Below are positions 26,391 to 32,000 of a stretch of 32,000 nucleotides of DNA, piece after piece. The position numbers and the translations under genes are program-made. The notes under the pieces were generated by a model that worked only from the letters and a program-made list of their open reading frames with translations, had not been told where the DNA came from and ran no database searches. The stretch is from Staphylothermus marinus F1 (GTDB lineage: Archaea; Thermoproteota; Thermoprotei_A; Sulfolobales; Desulfurococcaceae), in contig NC_009033.1 of NCBI RefSeq assembly GCF_000015945.1, positions 390,001 through 422,000 of the forward strand, in the 5' to 3' direction. Within the stretch, counting starts at the first letter, position 1. Every line of letters starts with the position of its first letter.

Positions 26391-27764
26391 TTAGCCCATA
26401 TTCTTATATGAAGGTATTTCGCCTTTACGTATACGGATGAATAATTTATATAATGGGTATTTATCGAGAACATTTCTAAGATCGGGATCATTCATCATTA
26501 TATAGACTTCCCAGCTTCTAAGAGCTGGACATATATAGCATCCGATTCTGTAGAATCCTTTATAGTATAATGGATTTAATTCTATATTGTTCAATAACAT
26601 GTATAGTTGAATATGTGCTGCACTCCAAAACTTTATAGGTGTTACTACTATTTTGTTTTCATTCTCTACATAGATAGGAGGTCTCATGCTTCTAGCTCTA
26701 GATTCTCCGTCTCTATCTCCTTTAACTAGGAGAATGTTTCCATCTGATAACTTCCCTATTGTCTCCTCTATTGCTTTTATTTTCCTATAAGTACACCATC
26801 TATTATCGTGTCTAGGCATGGGATATCCTTCATCTAGAATGCCTTTGTCTATTCCTGCATAGACTCTTATAACTTCTACTCCTAGACGTTCAGCTATTTC
26901 ATTAATGTATTTATGAGTCCATGGAAACTCTGTTCCTGTATCAGCATATATTGTTTTCACCTTATTTTTCGAGAAAACTTTTAAAGTCAATAATAGTGTT
27001 GCAGTACTATCTTTTCCACCACTCCACGGAACAATTATTGTATCTGCCCATTCACGGTATTTTTCGAGTATTTTGATAGATATTTTTTCGTATAATGAGA
27101 GAACTTGTTTATTAGCTTCTAAAACATTTTTCTCATTTGGCTCATCATATGTTTCTCTAATAATTTTTCCTTTAGGGATGATTCCTTCATCTGGTATTTG
27201 TAGTATTGCTACTTTTTTATCTCCACAGTATATGTCATGTTCTCCACCATATTTTCTTACAAAGAGGGGTAGTTCACATGTTTTACCTCCAAGAATCTTT
27301 TCCAGGTTATATAAGAATTCTTCGCCTATTCCTAAGAAGATATCATATGCTGGGTCAATATTGTAGTCTTCAAGCCTAATACCCTTGTATTGGCTGAGAA
27401 CATATGCTTCAACATCATTTCTCCAACCAACAGCTAGTCTGAAAATACTTTTACCTATATCGAATATCCATGCTAAATGCTCTATTCTCGTATTACGAAC
27501 TCTTTTCCTAGGCACAACTTGTATTGCTAGGTTGTCTGGTTTATTCTTCCTTAATTCATCAATAATATTTTGTTCTTCTCTGCCGAGTAATAGGAGGTAG
27601 AATTTATCATCACTAATTATTTCTTTAAGCCTATAGTTTATGTCATCAATTGTTCTTGCACCATGTAATGTATATACTTTTATGTTCCAGTCCTTATAAA
27701 ACCTATTAATCATAGCTTTAACAGCGTCTGCATCCTTAGAGCTACGAACAATAATATTGATCAT
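26391..27764 (-). CDS. PAPS-reductase-like PP-loop ATP pyrophosphatase with uncharacterised N-terminal domain
   Basis: 457 aa. The PP-loop IIVPWSGGKDSTATLLL sits at about residue 245 and is followed by the PAPS reductase-type core (YADTGTEFPWT, RHDNRWCT, VKGDRDGES, RIGCYICP). Residues 1-235 match nothing I recognise. Confidence 0.75.
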   Translation of the reverse strand: MINIIVRSSKDADAVKAMINRFYKDWNIKVYTLHGARTIDDINYRLKEIISDDKFYLLLLGREEQNIIDELRKNKPDNLAIQVVPRKRVRNTRIEHLAWIFDIGKSIFRLAVGWRNDVEAYVLSQYKGIRLEDYNIDPAYDIFLGIGEEFLYNLEKILGGKTCELPLFVRKYGGEHDIYCGDKKVAILQIPDEGIIPKGKIIRETYDEPNEKNVLEANKQVLSLYEKISIKILEKYREWADTIIVPWSGGKDSTATLLLTLKVFSKNKVKTIYADTGTEFPWTHKYINEIAERLGVEVIRVYAGIDKGILDEGYPMPRHDNRWCTYRKIKAIEETIGKLSDGNILLVKGDRDGESRARSMRPPIYVENENKIVVTPIKFWSAAHIQLYMLLNNIELNPLYYKGFYRIGCYICPALRSWEVYIMMNDPDLRNVLDKYPLYKLFIRIRKGEIPSYKNMG

Positions 27765-27861
27765 CTTCTATGCATCCACTATGCGATGGTTCGTTAAAAA
27801 TGTGTTGTTTAGAGCCTTAAAATAATTTATTTTAGTAATAGTATTGGAAAACCTTATTTCT

Positions 27862-28542
27862 TTACTTAATAGATACGTTTGGATTGCATGGTTCTATCTT
27901 TAGTATGCCTTTATCGATGAGGATTTTCTCCAGTAATGGTATTCCCTTATCGCTTCCAATAGTATTGTCTATTTCTATTAATAGATTCTTTTTCTTATAG
28001 TATTCTATGATTGGCTGAAATGTTTCATAGTATATTTTATATCTCCTACGTATAACTTCTGGTTCATCATCTGATCTCCTTATAAGAGGTGTTCCATCAT
28101 CATCGCATCTGAGATCGTTCTTTGGAGGATTAAATAATAAGTTATAGACTCTTCCACATTTTGGACAAATATATCTATTACTGAGCCTTCTAACAGCTTC
28201 TTCCATAGCAATATATATGTGTATAGCTGCGTCAAGCTTGGTTATTTCATCTAGAGCTTCTGCTTGCCTAATAGTTCTAGGGAAACCATCAAGTATAAAT
28301 CCTTTAGCCGTATCTGGTTGTTGCAATCTCTTCTTAACTATTTCTATAACTATATCATCAGGAACTAGTTCTCCTCTATCAAGTATATCTTTTATCTTTT
28401 TCCCAAGCTCTGTTCCTTTAGCTACTTCCTCCCTGAATATGTCTCCTGTACTAATATGTGGGATACAATATTTTTTCGAGAAATACCTTGCATATGTGCC
28501 TTTACCTGCTCCTGGAGGACCGATTAATATTATTCGCAACAT
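27862..28542 (-). CDS. adk: adenylate kinase, long form with Zn-binding lid
   Basis: 226 aa. P-loop MLRIILIGPPGAGKGT, motifs ISTGDIFR and GFILDGFPRT, and lid CPKCGRVYN...CDDDG. Confidence 0.9.
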   Translation of the reverse strand: MLRIILIGPPGAGKGTYARYFSKKYCIPHISTGDIFREEVAKGTELGKKIKDILDRGELVPDDIVIEIVKKRLQQPDTAKGFILDGFPRTIRQAEALDEITKLDAAIHIYIAMEEAVRRLSNRYICPKCGRVYNLLFNPPKNDLRCDDDGTPLIRRSDDEPEVIRRRYKIYYETFQPIIEYYKKKNLLIEIDNTIGSDKGIPLLEKILIDKGILKIEPCNPNVSIK

Positions 28543-28642
28543 GTAACACCCATAGATATTTCTTCTTGCTAGTAAGAAATATTTGTGTTTTAGAATATAT
28601 TATATTCTCGGATAATTCTAGAAAACAATATATTGATCATGT

Positions 28643-28939
28643 GTGGCGAATAATATGGGTAAGAAGCTAAGATGGGGGAGAGATATAGGGTTTCTGTTTA
28701 GAAAATTAATCATTAATTATTATAGATTTTTCCACGGCGACTATGTGAATAGTGATGGTAGAAGATTATTAGAGGAGATTCTGAGAATGATAATGTATGA
28801 ACACCCAGAATATAAGAGGAGGATCTATAAGATTAGAAGGGATCCTAGCCTTTACAATATTTTAAAGCTCGGAGAAGATATTGTTGGTCCAAGAATACAT
28901 GAATGGGTCGAAGAAGGAATTAATTCGTTTCATTATTGA
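28643..28939 (+). CDS. hypothetical protein
   Basis: 98-aa basic ORF with a GTG start; ATG 28655 is an alternative. It is convergent with, and abuts, the Lrp-like gene. No family was recognised. Confidence 0.4.
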   Translation: MANNMGKKLRWGRDIGFLFRKLIINYYRFFHGDYVNSDGRRLLEEILRMIMYEHPEYKRRIYKIRRDPSLYNILKLGEDIVGPRIHEWVEEGINSFHY

Positions 28940-29485
28940 TTATTTCCTTTTATTATTACCTTTTATTCTTAGTAATGGTAAGCACCCACTGCATAGTTCT
29001 AATTGGTAATATATGCAGTTTTCACATTTTGGATCAGGTTTTCTAATGGGAACCATGGTGTTATTTGGTATTTTACCATATTCTATATAGTATTCTTCAA
29101 TATCTGGATCTAGACTTATTAACCGACTTATAAAAGATGCTATTTCAATTTTATTTCTTGAATAAATCATCGCTATTACTCCCTCATGGTTAACCATTAC
29201 TCCAAGTAATTTATTGCATTTAGATAAGGTTTCTGCTAGCTTTTCAGGATTCTTCGTCCTAAATCTTATAATAGCAGCAATATTCCCGAGGATTTTTGTG
29301 TTCACATATGGTTTTATTTCGAGATACCCCTTGTTTATTAATCTAATTATTCTATTACGTATAGCTGTATAGCTTAAACCCGTTGCTTCTGCAAGTTTAG
29401 AAATACTAGTCCTGCCGTCGGTGGCTAGCATTTGTATTAATTTAATGTCAGCATTGTCAAGATTTCTCGCCATAATATTCACCAT
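28940..29485 (-). CDS. Lrp/AsnC-family transcriptional regulator with C-terminal Cys4 extension
   Basis: The HTH LDNADIKLIQMLATDGRTSISKLAEATGLSYTAIRNRIIRLINKGYL is followed by a RAM-like domain and then CENCIYYQLELCSGC. Confidence 0.8.
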   Translation of the reverse strand: MVNIMARNLDNADIKLIQMLATDGRTSISKLAEATGLSYTAIRNRIIRLINKGYLEIKPYVNTKILGNIAAIIRFRTKNPEKLAETLSKCNKLLGVMVNHEGVIAMIYSRNKIEIASFISRLISLDPDIEEYYIEYGKIPNNTMVPIRKPDPKCENCIYYQLELCSGCLPLLRIKGNNKRK

Positions 29486-29532
29486 TTATTTTTTCCCACT
29501 CAAGCCCTTATATTTCTAAACTTTATAATAAA

Positions 29533-30258
29533 TTAATGGGACAAATTACTAGGCTTTAAACTAACATATAATCTTGCTCTTTGTTTACCGCTCCTCATAC
29601 CAGCTACTTCATAGTTTTCCTTGATCACTAAGCCCAACATATTTGATAGTTTACGGCTCAGCTTACGTGCTGCTCCATGATTATAGAAGTAAATATCGAT
29701 GCCGTTTTTAACTTCAATATAATCCACAAGATCCTGTCTTAAACGCTTATCTCTACTAAATATTTTCTCTAAAGCCTTCTCCAAATCCTTAACATGGACG
29801 TCTCTGATTTGAACAACTGCTTCAAACTCTCCGCTCTCAATCATTTTACATCTTGGACACTTTGTCGGGTTTAAGTAAACGATAAAATCCAATGGATAAA
29901 CAAATTCTTTACCTCCATAAATACCTCTAAAATATACTCTAACAACTGTTCTCCAAGAAGCACTTGTTACAAGCTCATACCCATCAATTCTCAGATCATC
30001 AACGCCTATACCGGGTTTAACCAGTTCTTTCAATTGATTATATACGATATGATGTAAGGCTTCATTAAAACCGTTTGTATCTATCCATTTATAACCTATA
30101 CGTACAGCTCCACAAACTTTGCAGAAATCTACTCTTATCTCTCTCTTAACCTGCTCAATTATTTCTCCTCTCTTAATTCTACAGCGTAGACAAACACCTT
30201 CAACAACGGGATTGTCAGGTGTATCTTCTGCACCACAATATATACAGAACCTAGTCAT
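29533..30258 (-). CDS. NMD3-family protein (archaeal homologue of the 60S subunit export adaptor)
   Basis: 241 aa. The N-terminal Cys clusters FCIYCG...CLRC...CKVCG and CPRC match the NMD3 N-terminal domain pattern. Confidence 0.6.
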   Translation of the reverse strand: MTRFCIYCGAEDTPDNPVVEGVCLRCRIKRGEIIEQVKREIRVDFCKVCGAVRIGYKWIDTNGFNEALHHIVYNQLKELVKPGIGVDDLRIDGYELVTSASWRTVVRVYFRGIYGGKEFVYPLDFIVYLNPTKCPRCKMIESGEFEAVVQIRDVHVKDLEKALEKIFSRDKRLRQDLVDYIEVKNGIDIYFYNHGAARKLSRKLSNMLGLVIKENYEVAGMRSGKQRARLYVSLKPSNLSH

Positions 30259-30339
30259 TAATACACACCATTAATTCATAGTAATCTATCTATGTAGTTA
30301 TGGTTCTAATAGCAACGTATATATTGATTGGTAGAGGAA

Positions 30340-31356
30340 TTAATAGGAGTAAATACAGTGCTGTTTGTGGCTCGAAAACAAAAAGAACAAGATCAAAGGT
30401 GTTAAGAACATTAATGGAATAGATAAGATAAACAATAATAGGAGCCTCCTAACAATACCTAGGCTAAGCTCTGTCCAAGCATCAAGTTTGCCCCAGAGAA
30501 AACGAAGTATTAGTGAAAAAGATAGGTATGCCCCAAATATCCAATACGAGATAAATGTATAGAAAACCATGAAGCCATGGAGCAGAGAGATAAGAAATGA
30601 AACAATTATAAGAGAAATAAATACTATGGGGAGAAACAATATTGTTGAAGCAATGGTTTTTCCTAAAACAACTTCTTCCCTACTCAATGGATAAATATAG
30701 AGTAACCTATTCCTATCAGCTTCTAAGAAAACAAGGATTGGAGTAGTTATTACTGCTAAAATATACGCTACCAAACCATATAATCCAATAAGAACATATG
30801 AATCAGCATTATTCAATCCTTCAAGAAAAGATTGTATGGCTGGATTAAATAATGGAATATATAAAGGTGTTAGAATAGCAGCTATTTCTCCATAAAATTG
30901 TTTTTGCCGAGTATGATCCCTAATTAGCAGATAAAGATCCTTTAGCCCCAAAGTAACAATCTTGGATCTAGAGAGGATCCTCTTGCTACCACCACTACTT
31001 ATTCTCTGAGACCAGATTATTTTAACACCGTATTTTCTAGGAATATATAGTGAAGAAGAGAATCCAATGATAAAGTATAGTAAACTATAAAAAACTGGTT
31101 CTGGTTCAAAACCGTTTATTGAAGCATAAACGTATGGAATAGGGAAAATGAATATATAATTCCTAATAACCGATAAAACCTCGTATCTAGAACCTAAACC
31201 CATAAAGTATACGTAGAAAGATAATACTGCTATAATAATTGATAAATATAATATCAGAGATACTAGCGAATTCGTTTCCGGCTTAATTTTAGAGTAAATA
31301 ATTATTGCTAACGGATAAATTAAGAGGACTAGCGATACAAAACCTAGTGGTACCAT
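30340..31356 (-). CDS. polytopic membrane protein, possibly an ABC-2-type permease-like protein
   Basis: 338 aa with at least 8 hydrophobic helices. The in-frame upstream sequence (ANSLLLGTGLSIGTIISIVLESFSPII) is also hydrophobic but has no canonical start before ATG 31356. Confidence 0.6.
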   Translation of the reverse strand: MVPLGFVSLVLLIYPLAIIIYSKIKPETNSLVSLILYLSIIIAVLSFYVYFMGLGSRYEVLSVIRNYIFIFPIPYVYASINGFEPEPVFYSLLYFIIGFSSSLYIPRKYGVKIIWSQRISSGGSKRILSRSKIVTLGLKDLYLLIRDHTRQKQFYGEIAAILTPLYIPLFNPAIQSFLEGLNNADSYVLIGLYGLVAYILAVITTPILVFLEADRNRLLYIYPLSREEVVLGKTIASTILFLPIVFISLIIVSFLISLLHGFMVFYTFISYWIFGAYLSFSLILRFLWGKLDAWTELSLGIVRRLLLLFILSIPLMFLTPLILFFLFSSHKQHCIYSY

Positions 31357-31466
31357 GATTATGGGAGAAAATGATTCTAGAACAATAGATATTATTGTAC
31401 CTATAGATAACCCAGTACCTAATAAAAGACTATTCGCTTATTTGGATATTATGGTTGTTTTGGAAA

Positions 31467-31976
31467 TTATGAAAACTGTTGTTTTGATAGATTGGCGGGG
31501 TTCGCTTTATAAACCCTCACTAATATAATGGTTAATAAAAAGCAGATGAAGGGCTCAAAAGTGGTCTGTGTGGAGCCCCGATAGCCCCCTCCGTGAAGGG
31601 ATGAAGCCCCAACCCAAGAGGGGGAAGCCCGTGCAAGCATCCAAAATTTCCAAAACAACCAAAAAATAAAGCACGGGCATCCACTTAATCCTCCCCCCAC
31701 AATAATACTGTATGAAGCTGCTTTTTCGATGCTCTCATGTTTAATAGGCATATATTCGATAGGCTTGGTCATTCCAAGGTCTCGGATGGAAGCTGTTACT
31801 TGGTATATGAGATCCAGAATAATAACTATAGATATAAGCATAGCCATGATTAAGTAGGATGCTGTGAATGCTTTTGAAATATTGGGTAATCCCATAATGT
31901 TTGAACCATAAGATACAATGGGTATCCATAAACCAATGAATAATCCGCTCATCATCCCCGTTAATAGCCATTTCAA
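31467..31976 (-). CDS. hypothetical membrane protein; only the N-terminal ~95 aa looks genuine
   Basis: The N-terminal part (MKWLLTGMMSGLFIGLWIPIV...LISIVIILDLIY) is membrane-like. The C-terminal ~75 aa is a read-through of a stop-poor GC-rich island and looks non-protein-like (GCPCFIFWLFWKFWMLARASPSWVGASSLHGGGYRG). Confidence 0.4.
   Translation of the reverse strand: MKWLLTGMMSGLFIGLWIPIVSYGSNIMGLPNISKAFTASYLIMAMLISIVIILDLIYQVTASIRDLGMTKPIEYMPIKHESIEKAASYSIIVGGGLSGCPCFIFWLFWKFWMLARASPSWVGASSLHGGGYRGSTQTTFEPFICFLLTIILVRVYKANPANLSKQQFS
31545..31701. other. GC-rich structured island (nested hairpins), candidate ncRNA or small insertion
   Basis: Hairpins: GGGCTC 31551-56 / GAGCCC 31573-78; CCCCCTC 31585-91 / GAGGGGG 31618-24; GCCCGTGC 31627-34 / GCACGGGC 31671-78 with a 36-nt A/C-rich loop. 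The segment ends CCCCCCACA (31693-31701). Local GC is far above the surrounding sequence. Confidence 0.4.
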
Positions 31977-32000
31977 ATTGTAGACTAATACTCCATCATC

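Noticed and set aside
9705-27764. A DNA phosphorothioation (Dnd/Ssp-like) system suggested by a cysteine desulfurase plus a PAPS-reductase-like protein.
   Set aside because: The two genes are 15 kb apart with unrelated housekeeping genes between them. No DndB/D/E- or SspB/C-like ATPase or nickase genes are present, and the desulfurase has ordinary SufS features.

Overview
AT-rich archaeal chromosome segment, about 35% GC by eye, with isolated GC-rich RNA-like islands. This composition fits a hyperthermophilic crenarchaeon; a Desulfurococcales/Staphylothermus-like origin is only a guess from gene content and the CRISPR repeat type. No database search was possible, so all family calls come from motifs read in the translations. 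The window is mostly housekeeping genes: an RsmB/Nop2-type m5C RNA methyltransferase, SufS, two divergently arranged purine-type deaminases, a ZPR1 zinc finger protein, a radical SAM protein, 6-phospho-3-hexuloisomerase, Bcp peroxiredoxin, an M29 aminopeptidase, adenylate kinase, an Lrp/AsnC regulator and an NMD3-like protein. The clearest non-coding features are tRNA-Arg(CCG) at 4378-4452 and two CRISPR arrays (4573-4921 on the minus strand, 5456-6043 on the plus strand). The arrays share one 25-nt repeat, are transcribed divergently from inverted homologous leaders, and have no recognisable cas gene anywhere in the 32 kb. Points worth a second look: (1) an exactly duplicated repeat-spacer unit; (2) mirror-image A+C-rich and G+T-rich flanks around the CRISPR pair; (3) an 81-nt GC-rich hairpin at 16564-16644 with H/ACA-guide-like geometry on the minus strand; (4) a second GC-rich structured island at about 31545-31701, with a 17-bp inverted repeat, inside a membrane-protein ORF; (5) a TtuA-like tRNA thiolase whose N-terminal zinc finger has no in-frame canonical start and is reached from an upstream ATG only by a +1 shift in an A4 run; (6) a 56-aa lysine-rich ORF absent from the ORF track, with a Cren7-like C-terminal motif; (7) a dedicated ECF transporter with a QueT-type S component; (8) an orphan CitG-like gene placed just upstream of the TtuA-like gene, and a PAPS-reductase-like gene with a long unknown N-terminal domain convergent with it. 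I found no convincing complete novel multi-gene system. Many genes appear to start with TTG or GTG, and many long antisense shadow ORFs in the track were rejected.
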